Shown here in pieces: positions 24,977-37,341 of a stretch of DNA of 64,000 nucleotides. This stretch comes from Octopus vulgaris (lineage: Eukaryota), in the NCBI GenBank assembly GCA_951406725.2, contig OX597819.1:106454001-106518000 (forward strand). The letters are read 5' to 3'. A model generated the notes under the pieces. The model did not search any database, was not told the DNA's origin, and saw only the letters and a program-made list of their open reading frames with translations. The translations under genes and the position numbers were made by a program. How positions within the stretch are numbered: position 1 is the first letter of the stretch; each line of letters begins with the position of its first letter.

Positions 24977-25730
24977 TTATTACGCTGTCAAGAGATGAAA
25001 AAGTTGACTACTCTGAAAAGAAAGCCGTATAACATGAATTGTGATAGAATTTCTTTGAAACCAAATATAAATGAAACAGCCATGTATGTATATCTTACGC
25101 CAATATCTACACATCTATAAAACCGGTAATTTTCAAATGTATTCGATCCACTTTAGTTGCATTTACGCACATTTGAGGCTATTGGCATCTTAAATGCTGT
25201 GAGAACCAATGATTGGTGGATTCGTTGAAAATGAATGACGCAAACGTTGGTAAGTAAAAATAGAAAATAAAATAAAAATAAAACAAAAACATACTATACA
25301 ATATAAATTTTGAAATGTTTATTTACACAACCGATTTATATTTTTAATGATATCCTCTTATATTTAATTGAAGAGTGTGTGAGAAAATTATTTTATAGAG
25401 CAGGCAAATATTTAAACCTCCTTTATGTTAATCACATACTCCTTAATTCAAGTAAAGAAAACAATGCAGTATATAAATAAAGGAACATCATATATCTTTT
25501 AATTATATCGGCTTATCCTTTTCTAATTAATATGCGGGAGAAAAGAAACAGAGATTAATATGTAAAGTAAATATGAATATTTAAGCCTTTTTATAATTTT
25601 CAGAAAATTTTAATAGGATTTTAAATGCAATTGTAAATTGGATTTCAGCATTATCTTTTGTTTAAATATACATTCTACTTAAGTAAATTACAAGCTAAGC
25701 GGGAATATGTAGGTGGTGAAATCATCTACA

Positions 25731-25763
<33 letters not shown>

Positions 25764-26194
25764 TTGTATATATGTATATCAGCATCAAATCTCTCTCAAT
25801 ATCACATCAGCCATTTAAAAAATAGAATGGTATATTACAAAGATTGTTACTAAATAAAAGACAAGATAGCCATGGATGGAATGATTTTTATATCATAGGC
25901 CTCTTCGATATACGTTGATCAACTATTGCCTTTTATTTTCAAAAACATTCTACCATGTCGTAAATCTCATGACTGTTCGAAAGATGGTTAGTGTATAAAT
26001 GCACCATTAATAACAACACTGTTTATAACAAAAAGAAAACAATAGCACAAAACAATATACAACAAATAGTTTTAATTCAAACTATATTGTAAAAAGAAAC
26101 AACTTCCGAATTTTTCAGTCAAGTCCATTATAGAAGCAGAGCTTTTCTAGTTCAAATATTCAAAAACTCTCTCTTTTTGTAAATTATGTAATTT

Positions 26195-26520
26195 CAGCTG
26201 GCACTCCGTCGGTTATGTTGACGAGGGATCCAGCTGATCCGATCAAGGGAAGAGCCTGCTCATGAAATTAACGTGCATGTGGCTGAACACTCCGCAGACA
26301 CGTGAACACTTAACGTAGTTCCCAGGGAAATTCAGCGACACATAGAGTGTGACAATGTTGACCTTTGAAACACGAGTACTACGCAATTTTGTCAGTTGAG
26401 TGGACTGGAGCAACGAGAAATAAAGTGTCATGCTCAAGGACACAATGCGTTGTTGAGAATTGAACTTACGATCTTGCGATCGTGAGCCGAATACTCTAAC
26501 CAACAAGCCATGCGCATTCA
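26195..26520 (-). mobile_element. tRNA-derived SINE family D
   Basis: Head GCGCATGGCTTGTTGGTTAGAGT, B box AAGTTCAATTCT and GTGTCCTTGAGCA.GACACTTTATTTC domain. Confidence 0.8.
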
Positions 26521-27116
26521 CAAAATTATGTAATATTTATAGGCAAAACGTTAAGCGAGTACTGTGTATGAATTAGAACATTCATTAAAATTACACCATA
26601 GGAAGCCTGAGATAGAAAACAATATTAAGGCTACTATAACTTGTAACAGCATAATTTATAAAAGAAATTGTAAGTACGATAATTTATCAGAAAAATTCAT
26701 ACCTTCAGAAAGGAAGAAAAAAAATATAATTGATAAGATTAATTAACACGATTCTATTAATAAAACTCTTCTTTCAAATGTTCAAAGCGAAGATAAAAAA
26801 ATACTAATTATTAACGACTGTTGAAGTTAAATAGTGATTATGAATGAAATATGGTGCACCATAGTCGTCATAATTATTCTCATTTTCATGCTGCTCATCA
26901 TCATCAGACGTTTTAACTTCCACTTTTATGAGGTTGTATGGGTCAGAGGTATTTCATTCGAGCAGATTTTCTAAGGCTTGGTAACATTCGTGTCGCCAAC
27001 ATGCATTTGTTCCCCAGCATCGTAATATTTCAATATGGTCAGGTATGAAAGATTGGTAAAGAACATCACTTGTACGATTATGACTCGTTTACAAACAACA
27101 CCTAGTGTTGAGAAAA

Positions 27117-27117
<1 letters not shown>

Positions 27118-27185
<68 letters not shown>

Positions 27186-27271
27186 TACACACGCACACAC
27201 ACACACATGCACACACCTACGCACGCGCGCACACACATATTTACTATGTGTGTATATATGTACATAAAATA

Positions 27272-27324
<53 letters not shown>

Positions 27325-27335
27325 AATAATAATAG
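27118..27335. repeat. (CA)n and (TTA)n/(TAA)n microsatellites
   Basis: Directly visible. Confidence 0.95.
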
Positions 27336-27679
27336 CCAGGAAGTTTAACCAATATAGGTGAATATACAGAAAAACTTAGGGCATGAAAATGTGTACCAGC
27401 TATACTATGAAAGAAGAGCAAACTCGCCAAAGCCACATATTTCTTACTATAAACAAAACACGCATAGTTAATATAGTTAATCTTGCTGGCATAGTTAATA
27501 TAGCGAATATAAGAAAAAAAGCCCTTACCTTTGCAAAAACACTAAGAAAAGTACAGACATATCAGTATCAATTGATTTCACGTTTATTGCCAAAGACTCA
27601 GGATCATCAGCTGCGCTTACTGCCAAAAGAAACATTGACCGATTTCCAAAATGGTGAAGTGAGAATTATAAATTATTAA

Positions 27680-28090
27680 GGTGGCTGTTCACAATTTACA
27701 AACGAAAGGGAACACTAAGGTAACGGAGGTTGCTAGTGAGGTCCGGCATTGCCAAATAAGAGTAAAAACAACTCTTAGCCAAATAAGAGAACTTTTCTAA
27801 CGACTGACAAAGAAGACAAGATCCTATGGCGTTGTCTGTAAGGCTGATAGGGTGAGTGAGGTTCTTTCACCCTCGGTGACGGAGTAATGGGTCACTGATC
27901 AAGATTAGTTAAATCTGAAATCAGTACTGATATGACTGCATCTTGCTTGTCTCACTTGTTAGTCGTTAGAAAAGTGTTCTCACGTAGCTACGAGTTGCTT
28001 TGACTCTCATTTCTAGCAATGCCGGTCCACCCTCCGTCACCTAAGTGACGACTACACCTGCATTTCGGTTGTAAATTGCGAAGAGTCACC
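27680..28090. mobile_element. MITE with about 145-bp imperfect TIRs (Kolobok- or Harbinger-like termini)
   Basis: GGTGGCTGTTCACAATTTACAAACGAAA...CCGGCATTGC...CTTTTCTAACGACT is mirrored at the right end (...TTGTAAATTGCGAAGAGTCACC); left flank TTAA. Confidence 0.8.
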
Positions 28091-28165
28091 TTTGGGTTCA
28101 GCTTCCAAATTTTTTTCAGCTAAATGTACACATGAAACCTTCGTTGGTCCAGCGTTATTTAACAC

Positions 28166-28247
28166 GACACTTGCCAAGGATGCATCGCCATGAAAGTAGA
28201 CCTGAAACTACGGGGTTTGTAAGCAAGCGTCTTAACCACATAACCAA
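28166..28247 (-). mobile_element. Old SINE family B head fragment
   Basis: GACACTTGCCAAGG...GTAAGCAAGC.TCTTAACCACA. Confidence 0.6.
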
Positions 28248-28779
28248 ACATACAAAAATTAATTACGGAATAAATTTTGTGAGTACCTTCTATAGAATAC
28301 TCTGATGAAATATAATCTCAGCTGGTAGCATTTATCATTGGTGAAAGTAAATGAGGATATATACAGAAAGAAATCATATAACATTATAATTGTGTAAATA
28401 TTTAGAGATAGGATTATAAAGTAGGATTATAAATAACGAATTCATATGAACAAAATACTTAAATGAATTCATATGAAGATGCTTAAATAATATAATAGTA
28501 ACAAACTTAATCTAACCACTGGAAGAACGTTAAAGAAATCTTATAGAAGAGAATATATTATGCAGAAGTACCGAGGAATCCAAACTTTATCAACTACAGT
28601 GATAGCTTGAAGATGTGTGGAAATATAAGAAGAATTAGAAAAAATATATACTTATCAAATAAGCATTATTAGAATATCTTATGTGTGTACGTATGTACAC
28701 ACACGCATACACACACATGCAGACACACATATATACAGACACACACAGACACACACACACACACACCCACGCACGCACT

Positions 28780-29095
28780 GATGTTCCGTGCTGCTGTCGC
28801 AAATTCTGCGTGGTCAACCTTGACCAATCCTAAACTCATCACCCCACTTTCGTCATTTTCGAACTCCAGATCGTTTATCATCCACTCATTCTCTATATAT
28901 GACCACAACGGTTGTTGTCCCTGACTTCATGCTCAAATTTCATGTTCAGAATATTATAAATTTTGCTGGTACTAGCTTTCTAGATTCGTTCTACGTACTT
29001 CCCAAAGCTAATGGTCGAAGCAGAACTTATAATCGTGTCAGCATAGAGACATCCTATGAAAACAATGGAAGAATAATAGAACACAATACACAGTA
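28780..29095 (-). mobile_element. RTE LINE C-terminal relic
   Basis: SIILPL and CGHI*RM motifs in decayed frames. Confidence 0.4.
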
Positions 29096-30288
29096 TGTGT
29101 AAATCTCAAATGGAATAACTCTGACTTACTCGTATAAAATAGGGATTGCATATTACCTGTTTCTGTATCCAGTTTCGTATGACTTATGTTCAGACGTAAT
29201 TTGTTTTCGTGCATTCATCCATGTTTATGACTATAGCATATATTTAGAAGAAAATTTATTTGTTAATTTTTGCAGGTCGACCAACTACGTAGAGCATCCT
29301 TTATTGGTTCAACTATAAGCAGTGCAATGAAGGCGGTATCTTTCCTACTAAATCCTCATAAAATATATAAAAAGCTATCATATCCATCACGTCATTACAG
29401 TAAATTCCTCAAACAAAATTGGAGCTATGCTGCGCATTACTCTGGAAATGTGCAAAGCAACAACAGACTAAAGAACCGAAAACATATACAGAGAATCACA
29501 AAGGAGCTTATGAAATTCATCACTGGATTATACTGAGTGTATTTTTTTAATGTTGAATGGTAACTATCTACAAACCATAAGAGTTCTCCATCATATATGA
29601 TCAGCGCAAAAATAAAATAGGAACCTAAAATAAACTACAAAAGGAAACCTACAATGCTGAGCATTATACACATTTTTGTTTTCAGATAAATGTGTACACA
29701 ACAGCAATGATTTTCGTTTCAATGTGTATTTCGACAAAACTGCCAAAGAGTTGTTATTTAGCCATGTGTGCACGTAAATGACTAATTTTCTTAAATTTGG
29801 TATTGAAAGTTTGTCGTTTATCACCGTGTGTGCGCTGATCTAGAAAATTGAAAGCCTTGCCGGATCCAGTCATACTAATTTGGTATTAATTCAGTCATAA
29901 TATCTCTAATGTATAGCATACGTCTTAGTATTGGTGTCAAAAAGTTGTTTTTTAGTCTCAGGCCAAATGTGTCCCAGCAGACCTAGATATCACGTAGCCG
30001 AGCTGCGGCATCTAATAATCCTACTATAGTTACATTATCTAATTTGTCCAAAAGATTCTATGCTTATCGCCTGGTATGTTTATATATTTTCCAGTTATTG
30101 TATCACCGAGATGGGAACTACGTTTCAAACCATCACGTTATGCTATATAATTTTGGTTGATATGTCTATCCATCGTCGAGATTTAAATTCAAGCTGTACA
30201 TATTATATTTACCTCACCCCCAAATGTATGTATGTATGTATGTATGTATGTATGTATGTATGTATGTATGTATGTATGTATGTATGTA

Positions 30289-31381
30289 CGAGGGGCGTTC
30301 AATAAGTAATGCCCCTGACCCACTTCCCATAGCAGTAGAGCAACGAAACTTGGCACAGTTATTAGTCTTTTTCTACATAGGAACAACCCAGAGTTACGCA
30401 TTTCTCCCATTGTTTGATGCAGCTTTGGAGACCGTTTTCGTAGAAGACCCCAGCTTGGTCCTCCAGCCACGACGTGACTTCAGAAATCAAGGCTGCATCA
30501 TCTGGGAAACGCTTTCCTTTCAAAAACAACTTCATGGCTGGGAAGAGGTGAAAATCAGAGGCTGCAAGGTCAGGAGAGTAGGGGGATGGGGAAGAGTTCA
30601 TAGCCGCACGCCTGTGCTTCTGATCTGGCGACACGCGAGTTGTGGACCGGAGCGTTGTCCTGCAGGAGGAGGATGCCTTTACTGATCTTGCCTCACCTCT
30701 TGGTTTCGATTGCTTCTCTTAATTTCCTCAAAAGTGAAGCATGATAGGCTCCTGTAATTGTGGTACCCTTTGCCAGGAAATCTGTCATCACTACTCCGTC
30801 CTTGTCCCAGAAGACTGTGAGCATGACCTTGCCAGCGGAGGGCTGCACCCTTGCATTCTTTGGAGGAGGTGAGTCATGGTGCTTCCACTGCATTGACTGG
30901 GCTTTGGTATCTGGATCATAGTGATGGACCCAGGTCTCATCCTGTGTAATCAGTCTTTTGAAAAATGTTGACTCATCTTCTTGGCACATCCCTAAATTCA
31001 TCCTCGAGCACTCGACGCGTTCTTGCTTCTGGAAAAGTGTGAGCAACCTGGGAATCCATCTGGCAGACACTTTTTGCGTATGCAAATGGTCATGAATGAT
31101 AGTTTCCAGAGACCCGGTACTAATCTTGACCTCATGGGCTATTTGGCGAATAGTTATGCGTCGATCTTCCAAAATGGCAGCCTCAACTTGACGGACAGAT
31201 GCCTCATCATGGCAGAAGGGGTGCGACCAGATCTGGGAGCTGTTTTCACAGAGTTCCGACCATGTTTGAATTCACGATGCCAGCGTTTTACAAGGTCATA
31301 TGATGGGGCATCATCACCATCAGTTACTTTCATTTCATTAAAAGTCTCCTATGGTGTGCGTCATTTCAAATACAAAAAGCT
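30289..31381 (-). mobile_element. Mariner (D,D34D) transposon, 5'-truncated, transposase pseudogene
   Basis: 3' TIR TA|CGAGGGGCGTTCAATAAG; motifs WIPRLL, TQDETWVHHYDP, KVMLTVFWD, LLQDNAPVH, YSPDLAASDFHLFP; premature TGA at about 30693 and a frameshift near 30590. Confidence 0.95.
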
Positions 31382-31386
31382 GTAAT

Positions 31387-31672
31387 TTGTTTGCACTTGT
31401 GTGTTCGAGGTCGAACACACAAGTGCAAACAAGGGAGTCAGAGAAAGGCAGAATACTACTTATATCTGAACACTACTATAGAAATATTCTTTTAAAAAAA
31501 CTTTTCTTCTAATTTTTCTAAATTTAATTATTTAATCGTTACAGTTGAAAAGGTCTCAAAATGACCGAAACCGGTACTGAAAGATTCACTATAAAATTAT
31601 CTTAGCATTTTCTATTTTTGACTTGATTTTTCATATATATCAACTCGTGTGTTCCTGTCCACCCTTATACAC
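31387..31672 (+). mobile_element. Penelope-like pLTR fragment with 5' inverted hairpin
   Basis: Homologous (inverted) to 37342-37610; begins with a perfect 22-bp hairpin and contains a hammerhead-like motif. Confidence 0.7.
31539..31582 (+). ncRNA. Minimal hammerhead ribozyme-like motif (U3-A8 variant)
   Basis: TTACAG-TTGAAAA-GGTC-TCAAAAT-GACC-GAAA-CCG-GTA-CTGAAA; palindromic ACCGGT stem III and GUA cleavage triplet. Confidence 0.65.
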
Positions 31673-32032
31673 ATATATATATATATATATATATACTAGC
31701 AAAAATGTTTGCGGTTGACAAACATAAAAATTTCAACTTACCTGTAGGCAGATCATTAAATAAATGTACAACCCAGATATGGGTAATCTAGGACCTAGGT
31801 TTCGAACTTTCCAAATTATGTTTGTTAACATAAATTTGATTAATTCTCATCTGCTAGATTCATCTAGATAAAATTTATATACAGTGGAGCTTTACAATAG
31901 CGTTGTATTATCGACTGCTGTTTTCAGTAGATATTGGTGCATTGTTGTACCACTACCTTATATTTATAATTCAAACTGATGGTGCTTTGTTTTACTGGGA
32001 AGCAATATTATTGTATTGCACTATTTAATAAT

Positions 32033-32040
<8 letters not shown>

Positions 32041-32069
<29 letters not shown>

Positions 32070-33774
32070 CAATAATAAATCTCTGAACGAGATGTAAACA
32101 ATAACTGCCCGTATATGTGTACACTCATATTTATTATAGCAAAGACAATGTCTTTAAGTATTCGTGTATTACTTATACATTCGAAAACTGCTGCACCGAC
32201 CATAATGAAATTTGGAACACAAAATCGAAGTCCAGGGAGAAGGGTAATGCTGTGTGTTTCATACAATTTCATGGACCAACATTTCTGAATGGATCCTTAT
32301 GATATTTGAAACTTAGATTCAATGCATAAGGGCGGGTATAATGCGGGTTTGAATTTCGGATGGCTTAAAGGGGGCAGAACCCCCCATGAAAATTCATAAA
32401 TTTCAACCATGGGTAATTGACATACATCAAGAAGTATTCTCAAAGTTTCCACTTCACACGAGGATTCTAAGACACCCTAATGGGGGCCTTAACTCCCAAA
32501 GTTTAGTAATTTCTTTTATGATCCAAAACTAAGTCAAAAGTACTGAATGTATCTTTACGAAATTTGGAAATTATATTCTATGCATAAGGGCCACAACCCC
32601 CATGACAATTCATATATTTTTGCTGTTGATGAAATTTTAACCATAGAAATTAGATACAAATGAAGTAATATGTATAAAATGTCATCTTCTTACAAGTTAG
32701 AAAGATCTTTTCATAGGTACTTAACACCCACAGTTTTGTCATTTTATCTAAAGACGAATAGTTGTACTCTTGGAAGCCGTGGAGTCATCCGAGCATAGAA
32801 GATGCGCATTATTTGTAATTCAATGGTACAACAGTGTAAGAGTTTGCTTTGACATACACTTACATTGTGATTTCTGCAACGTGCTGCATAAATTGTCAAG
32901 GAAATGAGAGGCATCTTTGCCTACACTGATTCATTTGCAAAGTGTTGAGTAAATTATTTGATTGCAGATCTACTTTCAGTCTTTTTAATATCACTGGGTT
33001 ACACATTGTCCCCACATGGTAACATTGGATTCAAGGTCTTCCCAGATGAGTGACTGGTTATTCAAAGACATTTATAGATTGTAAATTTATTCTCTCCAGT
33101 TACGTATTAGTATAGTGGTCATTTGCAAACTCTAACTTTCATATCTCCTTAGCCCTCACGTCACACAGTTGTTAATGTTTATTTCAGTTGTGTCACGCCC
33201 TTTCAATTGCTATAGATTCGCAATGCATCTTACGGCTGTGCCTGTCACTTGGATGATGACGAATACTACATTGGGAGTGGTAACGTCTAGGGTACTGTAG
33301 CTGACTGCTTATTGTGATCATTCGTCTTTGGGTTTCCTGTAGATTTGCTCTCTTTTACAAACCCATTGAACATATATTTTCTATTTCAAAGAAATTCAAA
33401 CAACAGATATAAGACCCAACTTAAAAAGATTCTCAACAATTCAACTTCTCTGGTTGACATTAAGATCCCCACCCCCAATAGGGGCATTAACTCTCACATT
33501 TTAGAGCTCCATGACCTCCATTTTTCAGGATCAAAATCCTTTTCACAGGTTCTATAAGACTGGAATTTTGGAATATGCGCATAAAAATCAGCAGTATGGG
33601 ATAGATGTGGCACGATTACAATTTTGTTTGGGTGTGTAAAGAGGGAAATAACAATCATCTGCAATTTTGATGAAATTCGAAACATAGGTATTCCAGTTCA
33701 TTACAGAAAATATAACAGAAATGTCTAATTCTTCAATTATATGTAACTCGGGCAACGCCGGGTAACTCAGCTAG
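32041..33774 (+). mobile_element. Non-autonomous Helitron (about 1.7 kb) with internal diverged subrepeats
   Basis: 3' end CTCGGGCAACGCCGGG hairpin plus CTAG|T; Helitron-like 5' region (CCGACCATAATGAAATTTGG) emerging from (TA)n. The 5' boundary is approximate. Confidence 0.7.
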
Positions 33775-33893
33775 TACCTTATACATTTGCATTCATGCAC
33801 ATATATGTACACGCAGATGTATACTTGGAGACATATATGTATACATTTATATGCATGAATGTATGTGCATATATATATATACATATATATATA

Positions 33894-34020
33894 TCTATAT
33901 ATATGAAACTGAGAATGTGTGTCTGTCTATGTGAATCCCTAAAACTTGAGAACTACACAACCAATTTCATTCAAATTTTACACATGCCTTACTTAACGTG
34001 CATGTAGTGTCATGGGCAAA
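33894..34020 (+). mobile_element. Helitron 5' fragment
   Basis: A|TCTATATATATGAAAC...GTCTGTCTATG...CAACCAATTTCATTCAAATTTTACACA. Confidence 0.6.
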
Positions 34021-34263
34021 GCTCTGGGCACCATTGGGCTGACTGTCCACAGCTAGCAGCCCAACAGTCAGCGCTGTGGCAACCAGAGCTCGGTCTGGGC
34101 ACCATTGGGCTGACTGTCCACAGCTAGCAGCCCAACAGTCAGCGCTATGGCGACCGGAGCTCGCTCTGGGCACCATTGGGGTGACTGTCTACAGCTAGCA
34201 GCCCAACAGTGAGCGCTATGGCTTGATTTGGCTTGGCTTAACTTAGCTTAGCTTAGCTTAGCT
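34021..34263. repeat. 71-bp GC-rich tandem repeat (about 2.8 copies) plus (GCTTA)n
   Basis: CTGGGCACCATTGGG at 34024, 34095 and 34166. Confidence 0.92.
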
Positions 34264-35034
34264 CCACACGGTATATAGGGTTCGGCAATATGCGAAGTTG
34301 ACTGATAAAGAAGCAAAACTTGGGGATGAATAAGCTACCAGAACCGACCGAATAGTGCTTTTTTTAGAATGTAACCGATGAAATTGATCTGTAAAATACG
34401 TAAAAATGATAAGGAGAATTTACCAAAATATCGCTCAGTTATGCTAACTGATGAAAAAATAACTCCTAATTTGAAATGTTGATACTAGTATTCCTTCTTC
34501 ATGAAATGGAATTTAAAAATAAATAATAGACATGTACGTGTCAAATCAAGTGAGTCACGAAAAAGCCGAAAAATACCGCTCATTTTTATCTTATATAAAA
34601 AAGTGTTAGCTAAAGTTTAAGACATTTGTCAACCAAATTTCTACATTAAATTACCAATCAATGTGTCGTTTTATGCTGTCAATTGAATTCTGCTGTAAGA
34701 AAATATTCAGAGTTGATTAATCGCCAATTAGCGCCATTTATACATTAAAGTTAATATTTTATTTCATTTTTGCTTATTTAAAATAATTGCCTTTTTACTC
34801 TTTTGTGTCAGCTTATTCATTAAACACAGAATGAAATGCGTGAATGCACATGTTCGATTACACCTCATTCTAGAACGATATCGATTTTTACTACAATCAC
34901 CTATGTTCTTTCAAGAAATTTAACTGGTGCACCCACTGTGATTTCTTTTACGTATGTTTAAAATATCAGCGCAATCAGTTGAACAATACGGGGGTTATAA
35001 TTTTTTGCAGGCAGAACGGGATTTATATAATACA
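34021..35034 (-). mobile_element. Probable Helitron (5' end near 35034), 3'-truncated, carrying the 71-bp module
   Basis: Minus strand begins TGTATTATATAAATCCC...AACTGATTGCGCTGATATTTT; module order matches the Helitron at 43040. Confidence 0.45.
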
Positions 35035-35047
35035 TACACACACATAT

Positions 35048-35124
<77 letters not shown>

Positions 35125-35128
<4 letters not shown>

Positions 35129-35160
35129 CGGAGATACCCGACGTTGCTCGGGATTAAATT
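35125..35160 (-). mobile_element. Isolated Helitron 3' terminus
   Basis: Minus strand CCCGAGCAACGTCGGG hairpin plus CTAG|T. Confidence 0.7.
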
Positions 35161-35183
35161 GGCATAGTTTCTTATTGTTTTAA

Positions 35184-35345
35184 ATGTTTCGGTTATGTGA
35201 CTGCAGCCATGCTGGTGCACCGCCTTTGGTTTCATTCTTTGTAAGCCTAGTACTAAATCTATCGGTTTGTTTTGCAGCACGGCTAAGTTACGGAGACGTA
35301 AACAAAGTAACATCGGTTGTCAAACGATGGTGGGAGTACAGAGAT
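35184..35345 (-). mobile_element. SINE family B 3' fragment
   Basis: TGACTGCAGCCATGCTGG.GCACCGCCTT...CATCGGTTGTCAA. Confidence 0.75.
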
Positions 35346-35401
35346 TCACACATATATTACATATATATGCACACATATATATATATATTATGTATATATA
35401 T

Positions 35402-35436
<35 letters not shown>

Positions 35437-35458
35437 AATATATATATCTACATATATA

Positions 35459-36254
35459 TCTCTATATATAAACGGCAGTTTGTCTGTCTGTGTGTCTGTC
35501 CGGTTGTACACTCACTCTGACCACGGCTTTCAACCGATTCTGATGAAACTTGACACACACGTAGCCCAATGTCATAATTCAAAACTAACGCAGCGAAAAT
35601 TTTAAAAAGTTCCCCCAGTTCTGAAAAAATATCGATACATTCGACATGGGTCGAGAATCTAAGCTTTTTATATGCAACACATTTTCTACAGACTGTCTAG
35701 GGGACGCAACTCGACCTTTTTAACTCTCGGAACACGTGGGGTAAGTATCCCAAAATGTATAAAAATGTACAAAAACGGCAAAAAAGCGGGTAGCAATGTG
35801 AGTGACAACAACGCAAAGTCAAAAGTGACCAAACTGAACAGACGAATGGAAAAGGTTTTTTGATGCACACGACAAAAGCGGTTTATAATAAACTAAGAGT
35901 TTGCAAGTAGCGCCCGAGAACCCTTAGGGTACGTCAAAAATTTAAGGTAAAACGTTTGAGGTGGTAGTTATAAAGAAAGTGTAAACAAAAAAAGTATTCG
36001 AATAACATGCGGCTGCAGCAGGTATTAGTAGAAGTGGCGGTGTTGGGGGTAAAGTCTCGAATGTAATTTCTTCCTGGTAGGAATTGGTTGGGTTAAATTA
36101 TCGATAGCTGTTTGATAGTTATTTGGGAGTGAAGAGAAGACATTGCAACCTACACATGCGCCTTCTTTCCCTAGAGGGAAAGGACTAGATTGGGATTAGT
36201 CGTTGCCTACTAGGGTCTCTTACATACCCGGGCAACACCGGGCTATGCTGCTAG
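35459..36254 (+). mobile_element. Non-autonomous Helitron (796 bp), same family as 15378-15623
   Basis: A|TCTCTATATATAAACGGCAG...CCCGGGCAACACCGGG hairpin...CTAG|T. Confidence 0.9.
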
Positions 36255-36308
<54 letters not shown>

Positions 36309-36318
36309 TAAATATATG

Positions 36319-36354
<36 letters not shown>

Positions 36355-36444
36355 TATGTATAAATATATTTATACAAACACATATACATATATATATATA
36401 TACATATAAATATATATTTACATGCATATACATATGTATATATA

Positions 36445-36515
<71 letters not shown>

Positions 36516-36600
36516 CTATATATATACATGTATATATATATGTATGCATATATACACACGAATATACATATATAAATGCATGCATATATATATATACACA
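36255..36600. repeat. (TA)n-rich microsatellite
   Basis: Directly visible. Confidence 0.95.
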
Positions 36601-36605
36601 TGTAT

Positions 36606-36738
36606 ATCCATTCACAAGGCTTTGGTCGATCCGAGGCTATAGTAGTTGACACCTGCCCAAGGTGCCACGTAGTGGGACTGAACCCGGTACTATGTGGTTG
36701 GTAAGCAAGCTACTTACCACACAGCCACTTCTGCGCCT
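36606..36738 (-). mobile_element. SINE family B 5' half
   Basis: Matches 11135-11267. Confidence 0.88.
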
Positions 36739-36810
36739 ATATACATATATGTGTGTGTCTGTGCCTGTGTGGGTGTGGGTGTGTATGTATATATATATAC
36801 TTGTACATAA

Positions 36811-36856
<46 letters not shown>

Positions 36857-36885
36857 GTATGTATGTCTATATATATATATATATA

Positions 36886-37100
36886 TACTCTTTTAGTCTT
36901 TTATCTGTTTCAGTCATTTGACTGCGGCCATGCTGGAGCACTGCCTTTAGTCGAGCAACTCGACCCCGGGACTTATTCTTTGTAAGCCCAGTACTTATTC
37001 TATCGGTCTCTTTTGCCGAACCGCTAAGTAACGGGGACATAAACACACCAGCATCGGTTGTCAAGCAATGCTAGGAGGACAAACACAGACACACAGACAT

Positions 37101-37165
<65 letters not shown>

Positions 37166-37337
37166 CATATATAAGACGGGCTTCTTTCAGTTTCCGTCTA
37201 CCAAATCCACTCACAAGGCTTTGGTCGGCCCGAGGCCATAGTAGAAGACAGTTGCTCAAGGTGCCACGCAGTGGGACTGAACCCGGAACCATGTGGTTGG
37301 TAAGCAAGCTACTTACCACACAGCCACTCCTGCGCCT
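36886..37337 (-). mobile_element. SINE family B, full length
   Basis: Closely similar to 10831-11267. Confidence 0.92.
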
Positions 37338-37341
37338 ATAT

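Larger units (their letters stand above)
22345..25034 (-). mobile_element. Ty3/Gypsy LTR retrotransposon relic (PBS, gag, protease, RNase H, integrase; RT largely deleted)
   Basis: RNase H VTIDAS, ECNYSHIER, FLRTD, VDALS; integrase HP*SRVHMNH...FIIFD, LRTLF...TIVSD, YPYY..SD...ERMIQTVK; PBS at 24958-24976. Confidence 0.8.

Noticed and set aside
31735-31765. Minus-strand CCTACAG|GTAAGT recursive-splice-like site
   Set aside because: Weak pyrimidine tract and no supported minus-strand gene.
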